The notes under the pieces are model-generated. The model did not search any database. It was not told the origin of the DNA and worked only from the letters and a program-made list of their open reading frames with translations. From Octopus vulgaris (Eukaryota): DNA of 64,000 nt. The first letter of the stretch is position 1, and every line of letters starts with the position of its first letter. Of the stretch, positions 41,326-55,377 are shown piece by piece. Both the position numbers and the translations under genes were made by a program. Where the stretch lies: the NCBI GenBank assembly GCA_951406725.2, contig OX597822.1, positions 868,001 through 932,000 on the forward strand, written 5' to 3'.

Positions 41326-42572
41326 TTGGGTTGGCAACTAAGTTCCCACCGTTTTTTAAATTTTGGAATCTATTCTTTTCGAGAGTTCTATTTTTGAATC
41401 AGTCTGGAATCTATTTTGTTTTTTACTGGTTAATTTTAGTTAAGTTTCGTTTATTTTGAGATCATTAAAATAGAATGTGAAGTTAAAAAAACGAGGATTT
41501 TCGACACCTTCTTTTTGCTTTTGATCAGGGTTCTAAGGCTACAAAAGCTGCTCGCGACATTTGTGCTGTGTATGGAGAGGTTACCATAGATGAAAGCACC
41601 GCTCGTCATTGGTATGCCAAGTTCAAAAATGGAAATTTTGATCTCAAAGACGTACCTCGTTCTGACCGTCCAGTTGAGTTCGATGAAGAGCGATTAAACC
41701 AACTTTTGCACGAAAATTCTCGTCAAACAACGAGGGAACTGGCAGAGAAAATGGAATGCTCCCACACTGCTATAGAGAAGCATCTTCACTCGATGGGAAA
41801 GGTTCAGAAGTATGGAGCATGGGTTCCGCATGCTTTAAGTGATAACAACAATCTCCACTGGTTTGCTTGCTCGTCACTGCTCAGGTCATAGACATAAGCA
41901 ACGATTTCTTTACCGAATCGTTACTGGCGACGAAAAATGGTGCTTGTACATCAATATGAAGCAGCGTAAGGAATGGCATAGCCCCGGTAAACAAGCGACA
42001 CCGTGCGTGGAACAAGATCTTCATCCGCGTAAAACGATGTTGTGCGTTTGGTGGGACTGGGAAGGAATTATCCATTACGAATTGCCTGAACGGAACCAAA
42101 CGGTGAGTGCGGAAATCTATGTTTAACAGATGGACCGACTGAACGCGGCTATTCAACAGAAAAGACCTAATCGGCAGCAAGGAGTTCTTCTGCTGCACGA
42201 CAACGTCCGCCCTCCTATCGCCAATATGACCAAGGAAGCCATTCAAACGCATGGCTGGGAAGTGCTGCCACACCCGCCGTACTCTCCTGATTTAGCAGCA
42301 ACGCATTTCCACCTCTTTCGATCTCTTTCAAATGCTATGCGCAGAGTTTTGTTCAATATTGATGCAGAAATGAGCGCTTGGTTGGATCAATTTTTCGAGT
42401 CGAAATCGGGTGATTTCTACCAACGAGGTAAAGAAAATCTTGTGGAACGTTGGGAAGAAGTTGTAAACAACAACGGTGAATACATTATTGATTAATTAAT
42501 TTTAATTTTTTATTAAACATTAAAAAAAAATTTAAATAAAAAAAAACGGCGGGAACTTAGTTGCCAACCCAA
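41326..42572 (+). mobile_element. Near full-length mariner (D,D34D family), 1247 bp, transposase pseudogenised
   Basis: TA TSDs; TIR TTGGGTTGGCAACTAAGTTCCC.CCGTTTTTT; WVPHAL, TGDEKW, HDN, YSPDLA motifs; frameshift near 41850 and stop near 42124. Confidence 0.96.
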
Positions 42573-42770
42573 TATATATGAATATATGTATGTATATATC
42601 TATCTATATATATATCCATTCATCGACCGATCGATCGATCGATCCATCCATCCATATATTATGTTATGTTAATATTATATTCATAGTATTTAATGTAATA
42701 TTGTAATATAAATAAATTATTGGATTGTCAATAGAATATCTCTAAATTAAATTTATCTTTATATATTTTT

Positions 42771-42810
<40 letters not shown>

Positions 42811-42812
42811 GA

Positions 42813-42852
<40 letters not shown>

Positions 42853-42964
42853 CGGAGATGTACTCGCATAGCAAGTAATTTGATCTGAGATCGTGTGCTG
42901 AAACGAAAACAATTGCAGCGTGGAAGGTGTTTATAAGCCATTTAAGAAACACACATATATATAT

Positions 42965-43481
42965 AAAGGAAATGAAGAAAATGCTGACAAAATAATTTAA
43001 GTAAGGGAGAGTGTATTTAATTAGATGAAAGTTCTTTTTTTAAACAAAAAAAGAGAAAAATTGGGTTAGAATACAATGTTCATTTTTTGTGAATGATTTC
43101 AGTGTATAAGAAAAAAAGTAAGAGTCAGATAAGAGAAAAAAATCAATCAGAAAGGAACTCTATCTCACTCAAAATATCTTTTGATAAGCATAACAAATGC
43201 GCAACCGGTAAACTCTTATTTCTTTTATTCTACACTGAAATCTGACATTGAACTTTTCCACAAAAAACTGTATATTACACGCTTTTACTAAAATATTCTG
43301 AAACAGAACACTGTAAAAGACTCTTACTTTTTTTCTTATACACTGAAATCATTCACAAAAAATGAACATTGTATTCTAACCCAATTTTTCTCTTTTTTTG
43401 TTTAAAAAAAGAACTTTCACCTAATTAAATACACTCTCCCTTACTTAAATTATTTTGTCAGCATTTTCTTCATTTCCTTTT
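42965..43481. repeat. Near-perfect ~163-bp inverted repeat with ~190-bp spacer, between (TA)n tracts
   Basis: 42965-43127 is the reverse complement of 43319-43481. Confidence 0.92.
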
Positions 43482-43514
43482 TTATATATCACCAATCGTG
43501 TTCCACATCTCCTT

Positions 43515-43577
<63 letters not shown>

Positions 43578-43700
43578 TGTATGTATGTATGTATGAATGT
43601 ATATAAATTTATATAAATAAGGATAAGATCGTTGTTTAAAATACCGATCATATCAAGTGGCTTGCATGGGAATAAAATCCTCACAGGTAATAATTACTAT

Positions 43701-43869
43701 TAAAATTATAATTAAAGATATCTAAAGAATACCACCATGCTAGATATAACAGCCAAAACTTGAATCTAAAACACATTGAATGTTCATTTAATGTGGTTTT
43801 TTAGTCTAGTTTTGGCTGCTATATCTAGCATGGTTGTATCTTTTAGATACCCTTAATTATAATTTATAT
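43701..43869. repeat. Imperfect ~170-bp palindrome
   Basis: ACCATGCTAGATATAACAGCCAAAAC pairs with GTTTTGGCTGCTATATCTAGCATGGT. Confidence 0.85.
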
Positions 43870-44177
43870 ATATGTATATATACGTATGAATGTATATCTA
43901 TCTATATATATAATACATAAATACATACTCACATACATGCATTCTTAATATCTACATACGATTCTGGTGACAGAATCGTTAGCATATCGGGCAAAATGCT
44001 CAGCGGCATTTCGTCCGTCTTTACGTTCAGAGTTCAAATTCCGCTGGTGTCGACTTCGCTCTTCATCCTTGCAGGGTAGATAAAATTAGCATCAGTTGAA
44101 TACTGGGATTGATATAATCGACTCACCTACTAACCCCGAACTTGGTGGACATATGCCAAAATTTGAAATTTGAAATC

Positions 44178-44237
<60 letters not shown>

Positions 44238-44238
<1 letters not shown>

Positions 44239-44580
44239 CCCTGATGCATTACCAGACAGTGGCTCTCATGGCTTCTGATCTTAACTGATTGGAAGTGTTA
44301 TCATGTACATTGTTTTGTCTTGGTATAAAAGATGGGAACAACCCTTATTCAGGGACCTTTTGAGCGGGATGGGCTACTCAACCTGAAGAAAATTCTAACT
44401 GGGCCCCACCTGCAAGGTCATGTGCTGTTTATCTTGATATGAGACCACCAAGACGCGCACATATGGTTGTGATGCATGTGCCTGGTGTACCCTTATCAGA
44501 CGGGTAGTCATGATGGGTATATTGGGCTTCGTATATTTTACCCCAGTGTCACTTTGATGGCATGCACTGCTCTCTCACTC
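44238..44580 (+). mobile_element. Non-coding (TAA)n-embedded element, copy 2
   Basis: Homologous to 11832-12290; (AAT)n on both sides; lies just upstream of the Dong-like LINE. Confidence 0.8.
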
Positions 44581-44608
44581 AATAATAATAATAATAATAA
44601 TAATAATC

Positions 44609-44668
<60 letters not shown>

Positions 44669-44700
44669 GAGAAGAAGAAGAAGAAGAAGGAGAAGAAGAA

Positions 44701-47700
44701 CACTGGGGACGTTTAACGAACACCGGGGACGTTTAACATGTGAGAGCGATAAAACATTGCTCCGAAATCTATCCACAAACATCGGAAACAAAGACATCGC
44801 ATGAAGCCAAAAAATAACTGACAAAGATTGAACTATATCCGAGTAAGTAATACTCATTGAAATTTTCCAAACGAAATGATGTATTTTAACTCGATATCAT
44901 CTCCACCTCTAACACAACACATGTAAACATGCGTGGAATATTACGATCCATCAACACCAGATCATCTCCGGTCCCAAACACCATGTACAAAAAAAACTAC
45001 GAATAAATTAAATAACACCGATATTATTCAACCCAAGAATAACAATCAGGAAGCGCGCACTTTGAACCTGTTACACAGAAAGTACGAAAAAGTAAACGTG
45101 CAAAACAATGTGACAACAGAAATGAACGGACCGGTACCCTACGAAAATGACGACCGTCAAAATAATGGGCCGGACGTTGTTCCTCATGTCCCGCAAATAA
45201 AACCAAAAAGCATAAATGGACACGTGAGGAATACATTTCAATCCTACACGCATACTTTACAGCAGTGCTCTACCTAAAGAACGAAAACACAACAACATAT
45301 ACATATAAAATATGGAAGAAAAATAACATAAATAAAGACTTGGATAAAGCAATGAACCCTAATAAACTAGCTAACGTACGAAGATATATTCTCAACGCAA
45401 AAAAATATCAGAAATAGAAATAGAACATTTAAAAGAAAATATACATCAGGAAAATGTAGATAGAAGCCACACAACAATGCCAAATAATATGAACACTGAG
45501 ATAGTAAGTTTTACTATCCCAACAAAAACGATGTAAACTAAAAACAACAAAACCAGACCGTAAGGATGCAAAATAATGCACAACAAGCAGCAAGTCAAAA
45601 CATGACAGACAAACATACGAATGAGAAAGAAAGCGACACAAATCTAAAACCTGGAAACGACGAAGGGGAGCCTAATGATTATGACACTATAAAAAGTAGA
45701 ATAATCAAAGAACTGAAAACCACAGAGCTCAAAATGGACCACCGACCATACCTCCCAAGAATCAAAATAGACAAAAAAACTACATCAATTATAAATAGTA
45801 TAAACCTAGCCGTCACAGAACTAATAGCCACTGAAACAAAAAAATAGCAATATCACTGAGCTAAATGACTTGTATATACAGCAGCCACAAAAGAAGCTGG
45901 ATACTCACCCAAACCCGCCCAAAGAGGAGTACCACCACCCAAACAAACCCTGTGGATAAATAACATCCAAAACAAAATAAAAAAATGTGAAAAGATCTGT
46001 CTATTCGTAATGAAATCAGTAGACAAGTCAACGCTATTAAGCAACAAAAAGAAAACAAAAATGCTGCGCAAATATAACTATCACAGAAAAAGATTTACCT
46101 GAGATAAAAGAAAAGCTGAAGCAAGATATCCTTGCCAAAGCTCAAAGGATCCGCCGGTACGAGAAACGCCAACGTTTCTTTGAACAAAACAAACAGTTCA
46201 ACTCCAACCCCTCTACCAAGAACTTGGCAAATATAAAATAGACATCACTGCAGCACCAACGGCAGAAGAATTGGAAGAATTCTGGAGAGAAATATGGTCG
46301 GCGAACGAACAGCCAAAAAAAAGGAGTATGAAAATAACAAACTCGGCATCTGAACAACTTTGGAACCCCATAACAACTGAAGAGGTCACCCAGGCACTGC
46401 AAAGACTAAGTGACTAGAAGGCACCTGGGCATGACAAGATCCTCAACTTCTGGCTGAAATATCTAACAGGAATGCACAAAAAGCTGGCTGAAAACTTTAA
46501 CAACATACTAGCAGAGTCAGAGACAATGCCTGAATGGCTCACGAAGGGGAAAACCATCTTAATTCCCAAATCCAATGAGACAGCAAAACCAGAAAACTAC
46601 AGACCTATAACCTGTCTCCCTACTGTGTACAAAGCATTTACTGCAGCAATATCACAAAGATTAAACAAGCACCTGGACGAAAACAACCTGTTTCCAGAAG
46701 AGCAGAAAGGATGCCGCAAAGGCTCATATGGCTGTAAAGATCAACTAATGATCAATAAAGCCATAACTGAAGACAGCCACAGAAAGAAGAAAGGCCTCAG
46801 TATGGCCTGGATTGACTACAGAAAGGCGTTTGATAGCATCCCCCACACATGGATCCTCGAAACACTAGCCATGAACAAAGTAGCACCAACAATTATAAAA
46901 TACATTGGACACTCTATGAATAAATGGCAAACAGTGCTACAGCTCCAAACAAAATAGGGACTCATGAAAACCAAAGCCATCCCCATTAGAAGAGGAATAT
47001 TCCAGGGAGACACGCTCTCTCCACTCCTTTTCTGCTTGGCACTGTCACCTCTATCTGATATGCTAATTAGAACTGGATGCGGATTTAAATGTTACGGCAA
47101 AACGATCAGCCACCTTTTATAGATGGATGACCTAAAACTATACGCTGCAAATGACAAACAGCTGGAAACACTACTAAAGACAGTTCATGGATTTACCAAA
47201 GAAATAGATATGAAATTTGGATTAGAAAAATGCGCCAAAGTAACCTTGAAAAGAGGAACACTAGTTAAGAGTAGCAACATCACACTAGATAAAACCAATG
47301 AAATAAAAGAATTAGACCAAAGCCAAACTTACAAATACTTAGGAATCCATGAACTAGATAAGACACAACACACACAAATGAAAGAGAAAATTAAAAAAAG
47401 AATATTATAGACGAGTTAAATCAATACTAAAAACAGAGCTCAATGCTAAAAACAAGATAATAGGTATTAATACTTTAGCTGTTCCAGTTATAAGTTACAG
47501 CTACAATATCCTTAACTGGACACTAAATGAACTGACCAAAATAGATAGGAAAACAAGAAAAATAATGACAGGATCTAGGATGCATCACCCAAAATCTGAT
47601 ATAGAAAGGCTATATATACAACGTATAGATGGTGGTAGAGGCCTTATACAGCTGGAACACTACTATAAAATAACTACCATAGGACTGCAAAAATATCTAC

Positions 47701-48829
47701 TTCAGAAGGAAGGAAAACTGATACAAATAGTGGCAAAACACGAGCAAAACAAAAAACTGTTCTCAGTATTTAAAGAAGCTGACAAATACAAACAAGAAAT
47801 CATCTTCTCCTAACAAATATGTAGAAGAAGAAGAAGAAGAAGAAGAAGAAGAAGAAGAAGAAGAAGAAGAAGAAGAAGAAGAAGAAGAAGAAGAAGAAGA
47901 AACAACAACAAAAGCTATAAAACAAATGAAATCCAAACTAAAAATAGAACAGCAACGAACCATGATAAAACGATGGCAAGAAAAGCCCCTTCATGGTAAA
48001 TACTGGACTAAACTAAACGCAAAAGAAATAGACAAAGAAAAATCCCAGCAATGGTTGAGAAGCTCAGGACTCAAAGCAGAACAGAGGGATTTTTAATTGC
48101 AGCACAAGACCAAAGCCTCCCCACCAGAAATTACCAAAAACATGTAATGAAAAGAAATATTACAAGTAACTGCAGAATATGTGGAGATGGACAAGAAACA
48201 ATAAATCATATCTCTAGCTGCCCAGTCCTGGCTAAGAAGGAATATATTCACAGACACGACAGAGTTGGGACCTACATACACTGGAAGCTATGTCAACATT
48301 ATGGAATAACAACAGAAAAAAGATGGTATAAGGCACCACCAGAAAAGGTCACAGAAAACGAGAAAAAACCATACTCTGGAATATGCCAATACACACAGAT
48401 AGAGAAATTAAGGCCAACAGACCAGATATAGTTGTCAGAGACCATGAAGAAAAAAATGCTTTCTAATTGATGTATCAATACCAGCAGAGGACAACGTGTC
48501 TCTAAAAGAAATGGAGAAACTTTCAAAATACAAAGACCTGGAAATAGAGGTAACTAGAATGTGGAATCTGAAAACAGAAACAATTCCTATCATAGTAGGT
48601 GCATTAGGCATGATAAAAAAATATTCAGACAAATGCATAACAAAAACACCAGGACTTACAAACACATATAACATACAGAAAATTGCACTACTAGGCACTG
48701 CACACATCCTACGCAGAACACTTTCCATGCAATAACCATCAGAGCATCACAACAAATCACAGCACATACCCAAGGCACACAGAGCTGCTCTCGGTAGTGA
48801 AGTGAAAGCACGCTATAAAAATAAAACTA

Positions 48830-48832
<3 letters not shown>
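44701..48832 (+). mobile_element. Near full-length R4/Dong-like non-LTR retrotransposon, decayed
   Basis: ENYRPITCL, AWIDYRKAFDS, MDDLKL, GGRGL, CRIC..ETINH, KLSKYKDL; many frameshifts; followed by (AAT)n; 20-bp tandem repeat in the 5' region. Confidence 0.93.
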
Positions 48833-48863
<31 letters not shown>

Positions 48864-48882
48864 TTAATAATAATGAAAATTT

Positions 48883-48939
<57 letters not shown>

Positions 48940-49386
48940 AAGTTCGTACAAAAGGAGTCAGCTTCTCATTGCAAACTCTAGATTAATGTAGAGCGGCCAT
49001 TAGAAATTTAAGATCTCCAAAAGTCACAGCTGATTCTTAGCTTAAAATATAAATTCTGTAAGATGATGTGGATGAGAAAAGAATTTTGGTTTGAATAGAA
49101 CATCTGTCATTGATTGCCTGCATTGCAAGAAGAAGTTATCCCTATTTACCATATCAAAATGAAGGGCATATATGTAGAGTTATTAAGTACTTCTCCCAGT
49201 AATGGTAGAAATACCATGCCTGCAGTGGTGAGAAAATTAACATATAAATCTCTTGTATTATCATATAATCTGATGTATTATGTGTTACGTAGAAACCACA
49301 CTTCTCACCTTTCGCAAGAGTGATAAACATTATCATCAAGAGAAATAACAAGGCAAGTGTTGTTTTGAACTGAAACGTCCTCCGTG

Positions 49387-49436
49387 AACACGTGATAACA
49401 CGTGACAGCACGAGACAGCACGTGCCGGCACGTGCT
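49387..49436. repeat. 10-bp tandem array of E-box motifs
   Basis: CACGTG at 49389, 49399, 49419 and 49429; CACGAG at 49409. Confidence 0.8.
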
Positions 49437-49632
49437 GATGAGTGCTGAAATCATCGGCGGTTGTCTGCGGTCACCATGCAGTGGCAATATTTAACGGGAG
49501 TTGAAAACAATCATGGCTGTTGAAGGAGAGAAGTGGGAAGCCAAGCCGAACGCTGTTGAAAATACAAGTTGTAGTATTTCAACGTAACCTTGTATGCTCT
49601 AATATCACATTATTACTAGTGTTATATTGTGG

Positions 49633-49965
49633 GGAGGCGCAATGGCCCAGAGGTTAGGGCTGCGGACTCAGGGTCGTAGGATCGCGGTTTCGATTCCCAA
49701 ACCGGGCGTTGTGAGTGTTTATTGAGCGAAAACACCTAAAGCTCTACGAGGTTCCGGCAGAGGGTGGTGGTGAACCCTCTCACTCTTTCTTCCTGCTTTT
49801 GTTGTACCTGTATTTCAAAAGGGCCAGCCTTGTCATATTCTGTGTCACGCTGAGTCTCCCCGAGAATTACGTTAAGGGTACACGTGTCTGTGGAGTGCTT
49901 AGCCACTTGCACGTTAATTTCACGAGCAGCTTGTTCCGCCGATCGGATCAAATGGTAATCGACGG
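49633..49965 (+). mobile_element. Chimeric SINE: family C head with family D body
   Basis: Head matches 3894; body matches 868-1045(-). Confidence 0.8.
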
Positions 49966-50186
49966 AGTACCACGAGTATTGTATTGGGGCTAATGCAGTC
50001 TTACATCCATCTTGTTGGTGAATAAAAATATTAGGTGCTATCCATGAACAAAGATCGATGTGATCAATTGTATCTTAGTAATCGATCTTAGTAATCGATA
50101 ATTTTTGGTATCTGTTGCTAACAACCTTCTCTCCCTTTCTGACTTTCTGTCTCTCTCTCTCTCGCTCCCTTTCTGCCTGTCTCTCC

Positions 50187-50218
<32 letters not shown>

Positions 50219-50514
50219 TTCTATCTATCTCTCTTTCTATGTATCTCTCTTTCCATATGCATGTGTGTGCTTGTGTGTGTGTGTGTACGAGTATGTATTT
50301 GTGTGTATGTGTGTGTGTGTGTGCACTTATGAGTGTGTGAGTGTATGTTTATTTAGGTATGGATGCATATGCGTACACAGATGCCCCAGGGAGGACGAGA
50401 GAGAGAAAGAAAGAACGCGAGCGAGAGAGAGCAGGAGACAGGCAGACTGGTATTTGAAAAAGTGTTGTAAATTAAAAGGAGCAAAAACTATTTGAATACA
50501 GAGTTAAAAGTTTT

Positions 50515-50928
50515 ATACATACAAAATTCTTTGATTCTTTTACTTGATTCAGTCATTTGTCTGCGGCCATGCCGGAGCACCACCTCAAAGGACTTTTAGT
50601 CGAAGAAATCGACCCCAGGACATATTCTTTGTAAGCCTAGCACGTATACTATCGGTCCTTTTTGCCGAATTGCTAAGTAACAGGGACGTAAACACACCGA
50701 CATCAGTTGTCAAGCGATGGTGGGGGGCGAACAAAGACACAGAAATACACACACACGTGCATGCGACGCACTTCTTTCAGTTTCCATCTGCCAAATCCAT
50801 TCACAAGGCTTTGGTCGGTCCGCGGCTACTGTAGAAGATATTAGCCCAAGGGGACACACATTGGGACTGAACGCGGATCCGTGTGACTGGTAAGCAAGCT
50901 TCTTACCACACAATCACACCCGTGCCTA
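50515..50928 (-). mobile_element. SINE family B
   Basis: Reverse complement of the 29525-type element. Confidence 0.82.
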
Positions 50929-51494
50929 TATGCCACCATTCGAAACGTTACTTAGATACTTTGAGAAATGTTGGCTTGAATTGGTTCTAGTTAGGATTAA
51001 CTTAATAGCATCACTTCGAAAAGACATTTAATGACGTTTCGTATTGCAGTCCTTCCTCGGGCACCATAGCTCATTCGAGTAAAGAATTAGTGTATTCAGT
51101 GAGATGTCTGTACTCCATTTTAATTATACGCTTCCTCCAAAATGTCAGGCCTTGTGCCTAAAGTAGAAAGGGTTGATGATAGCAATGGTTGTGGTGTGTT
51201 GGTGATGCTGCTGGAGATGTTCGAAGTGGTGGTGGTGGTGAGAAGTGTGGTCGTAGTAATAGTGATGGAGGTGGTGTTGGTGGTGGTGAAGTTCGAAGTT
51301 GTGAGAGGTGATGGTGACGACGAATAAGATGATGGGGTGGTGCAGTGTCTGAGGGTGATAGGTGTTAATGATGGTGGTGGGGGTGGTAAGCGTAATTATG
51401 GGGGTGATTGTAGTTGTGGATGTAATGGTGGATGTGGACGGTGATGGTGGTATAAGGATGGTAAACATGGTGGTGGTAGCGCGGTGGTTGTATT

Positions 51495-51525
<31 letters not shown>

Positions 51526-52120
51526 TTATTATTATTATTATTATTAGTAGTAGTAGTAGTAGTAGTAGTAGCAGAAGCAGCAGTAGTAGTAGCAGTAGTA
51601 GTTGTATTAGCAGCAGCAGCTGTTGTAGTAGTAGTAGTAGTAGCAGCAGTAGTAGCAGTAGTAGCAGCAATCCTATTATTGTGTAGCCTCAGGTTAATTT
51701 TCATCGAGCGTATTTAAGACCAAAGACGTTCCGTATTGACCATCTCAGTTTAAAAACATCGTATATCCATTGTTCTAGATGCTTGTCAAGGTAGCAGGGT
51801 GCGATTGAGGGCCATTTGCCAACAGATCGAACAAAGTCTATGACGTGTATCGGGTCGGGAAAAATTTCACTTGACTTTGGCCGTGGTTGTTCAAGAATAT
51901 TTGTTGGAGAACATCAACAATCATTATACACAAAAGAAACAACAAAAGCAATAGTAACAATAATAACAATGATAACAACAAGAAGAACAACAATGAGAGT
52001 ACATATAGCGACAATGTCAACACTGTTTCACAAAACAACAGTAAAAATATTACTACACTCTGCCGACAAATCGGGATAGAAAGCAATCAAGCATGCGCAC
52101 AAGCACAAATTTATAACACA

Positions 52121-52475
52121 CTAGCACTATGACCCGGCAACGCCGGATCATAGTGCTAATGCATGCATATACATCTGCGGGCATGCGCACATACACGCGA
52201 GTACTGTCCAAATCTCCGACCAATCACATATAGCTAGCTGACATTCAATTGGCGTATCAAGTTTCGGGTATTTTGATTGGGTTTTGGATAGAAAATTCAC
52301 CAAAAATCACTTCTATTGACTTTTTAATCGCTTTGTGGGGTGACTGGGGAAATGTAAAGATATGCATGACCACTCTTGGACGTTAGAAAATGACCATAGA
52401 AAGTGCGAGCCCTCTAACTGAAAAATTGTGGATTTGTATAAAGGACACACACACAGCCATTTTGCCGTTTATACA
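52121..52475 (-). mobile_element. Non-autonomous Helitron-like element
   Basis: Minus-strand 3' end is CTAG|T, preceded by hairpin TAGCACTATGA.CCGGC-aac-GCCGG.TCATAGTGCTA; other end runs into (TA)n; homologous to 15560-15830. Confidence 0.68.
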
Positions 52476-52540
52476 TATATGTGTGTGTGTGTGTGTATTT
52501 GTGTACATATATATATACATATACATATATACATATATAC

Positions 52541-52604
<64 letters not shown>

Positions 52605-53453
52605 TTTGACTGCTTTCTCTCATAAGTAAAGTATTTCGTTATCTTTAGACTTTAAGAAATAACCCCATTACCACGTTATACATACATACATATATACATG
52701 CAAACGTACACACCTACATACATATATACACTAACACACATATAATTACATATTTAATTATATATGTATTTGTGTGCGTGTGTGCGTGTGTGTGTACGCG
52801 AGTGGATACAACACACATATTGGCTATTAGCTTTAAATCTATTTTAAAGAATGACGGCCAAATTCTGAACCAGACAGACAGATAGACAAGTAAAGAGTGG
52901 GTAGGAGGGAGAGAAAGAAGAGACGGGAGGAAGAAAGAGATAGAGAGGGACAGAAAGAGAGAAACAGAGAGAAAATAAGGAAATTAGACAAAAGAAATTA
53001 TGAAAACAAAAAAAAAGCATCAATGGGTCAGCTGGGAAAAGGCAAGGAAATAAAAAAGGCATAAATAAGAGGAATACCACTTCCTCCACCCCCACCGCCA
53101 ACAATAACAACAACAACAACAACGAAAAATGAACTGCAATAAAAAAACATCAACCATCAAAGCCACAAAAACAATTACAAAAAGAAATATAAAAAAGGAA
53201 AAGAAAGAAAGAGGAGAGGAGAGAAGGCGAAATGGTCCTTGTGTAAAATCAAACGACTTTGTTGATTAATACAGTTTTAATTACTCAGGTTTTGCAAAAT
53301 GGAGGAAAACATGCAGCCATTGTTCCCCTTCCTCCCCCCCCCTGCTTCCTCGCAATATGGCCGCATACAACCGAGAAGACAAAACGAAACCGCTTGCACT
53401 GTTTGGAGCTACGTTAAGCGAGTGTGCGGGAGAGGGTGCGTATGCGTGCGAAC

Positions 53454-53485
<32 letters not shown>

Positions 53486-54457
53486 GCGTGTTTGTGTGTA
53501 AGAACATTTTGTGTGTACGCTTGTGAGTATGCGTGCGTACGTGTGTAGGTCCGTGTGTAAGTGTGTGTATGTGTATGTTTATGTGTACATGTATATGTGT
53601 GAGTGTGTGCTTATGTGTATATATATATGTCTGTGTAAGTGTGTGTTTATATATATATGTCTGTGTGAGTGTGTGTTTGTGTGTGTATGAATGTGTGTTT
53701 GTGCGTGTATATCTCATTGTATGTGGCTATTTATGTGTTGCTCTGCATGAGTATATGTGCGTGTATTTGCGTGTTTGTGTATATGCTTGTGTGTATATAT
53801 ATATGTGTGTGTGTTTATGTGTGTATGCATCTGTAAGTGTGTTTGTATGTGCATGTCGTTTGTGCGTGCTTATATTTTTCGGTATGCATGCATTTGTGTG
53901 TGTGTGTGTGTGTGTGTTTGCGTGTCCTTCAACTTATAAATTGACAATCCAATAAAAAACGAGGCGAAGTCCAACGCCAACGGTCGGTTCTTATATTTGT
54001 AGCAAGGGCGTGAAAGAGGGCAACGTTACAATGAACATCAATTCGAGACATTAGAATACAAAAGAAATATAATTACAGATATGAAAATTACAAATGTACT
54101 GTAGAATTCGCTTACTGTGATCAATTTTGGACGGAGCCTTTTAGAAAAAAGAACCGGGTAATAACATTAAGCAGAGAATAAAATCAGTATTACAGTATTG
54201 TGATTCCCAGTGCGTTTGCGACACAGTAATTTCGGTAAGAAAATCCACTGAGTGGCATTAGCCATGATTATGGTAAACGGCTTCGAATGGAAGGTGCTTT
54301 TATAGTTTTGAAACGAAGAATTTGTGATAACAATAATCGACTGTTCATATTGAGCAGAAATTATGAATATATCTTTAAAATGTTTGAGACTCACCAATAT
54401 TGGTAACAGTAACCGTCCGTTTCGTTGCATTTTCTGTGATTATTATAAGCGACTTTA

Positions 54458-54675
54458 AGGCGGTGAGCTGCCAGAATAGTTAGCACGCTGGGCTAAATGC
54501 TTAGCGACATTTCACCCATCTTTACGTTCTGAGTTCAAATTCCGCCGAGGTCGACTTCCCTTTTCATCCTTCTGGGGTCGACAACATAAGTACCAGTTGA
54601 ACACTGGAGTCAATATAATCGACTAATCCCCTCCCCTAAAATTTAAGGCCTTGTGCCTACAATGGATAGGATTAT
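54458..54675 (+). mobile_element. SINE family A monomer
   Basis: Head, core and tail present; flanked by direct repeat GATTATTATAAGCGACTTT. Confidence 0.88.
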
Positions 54676-54834
54676 TATAAGCGACTTTCAATGTGCACAT
54701 ATATTAGCGTGTGTTTGTGGAGGATTATAAATGCTATACACACATATATTAAATTATACTATATCATATTTATATTATATATATATATATATATATATCT
54801 GTGTGTGTGGGTGTGTGTGCGTGTGCGTGTATGT

Positions 54835-55320
54835 ACCGGAGTAAGCGCATAAATGTGAAACAAGGTCTGTATATGTATGTAGTCTGTGTATATCGATCTG
54901 TGTATTTTGATGTATATATCTATATTGATGGTTTAGTATGCGTATATATTGTTGTAAAATATTTATGTTATGCAGCGTGAAAATTTTAATTTTAATTTTC
55001 AATGTATTAATTGTATTAATCGAATTATATTTCATCTATAATTAATGACAATATGTATTTAGAATCCGCTAATCGAGAAATCGAAGGTTTTCCTCGGTTT
55101 TTATAATAGAATGAATTTATATCGAATTCATTTATTTTGTTTATTTTGTTCATTGCATGCTTAAGACCATTAATTGAAAGGACCAATGAAACAAACCCAT
55201 TTTTATCTAGTTTTGATCAAATCGTTATTTCTGTTTTATTTTAACAAAACCGTCCGACGAACGGGAACATGAAATTGAGTAACAGCTTTTGTTATATTTC
55301 TGCTGCTTTTAAATAAAGTA
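54835..55320 (+). mobile_element. Penelope-like terminal fragment with degenerate HHR (55250-55285)
   Basis: Starts CCGGAGTAAGCGCATAAATGTGAAACAA as at 55959; ends TTCTGCTGCTTTTAAATAAA as at 56200. Confidence 0.62.
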
Positions 55321-55377
55321 TATATATATATGAATATATATCTATAAAATAATATGTTACAATTACTCAATAGTCAA

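Noticed and set aside
49430-49460. CTGATGAGTGCTGAAA as a hammerhead
   Set aside because: Stems I and II do not pair.
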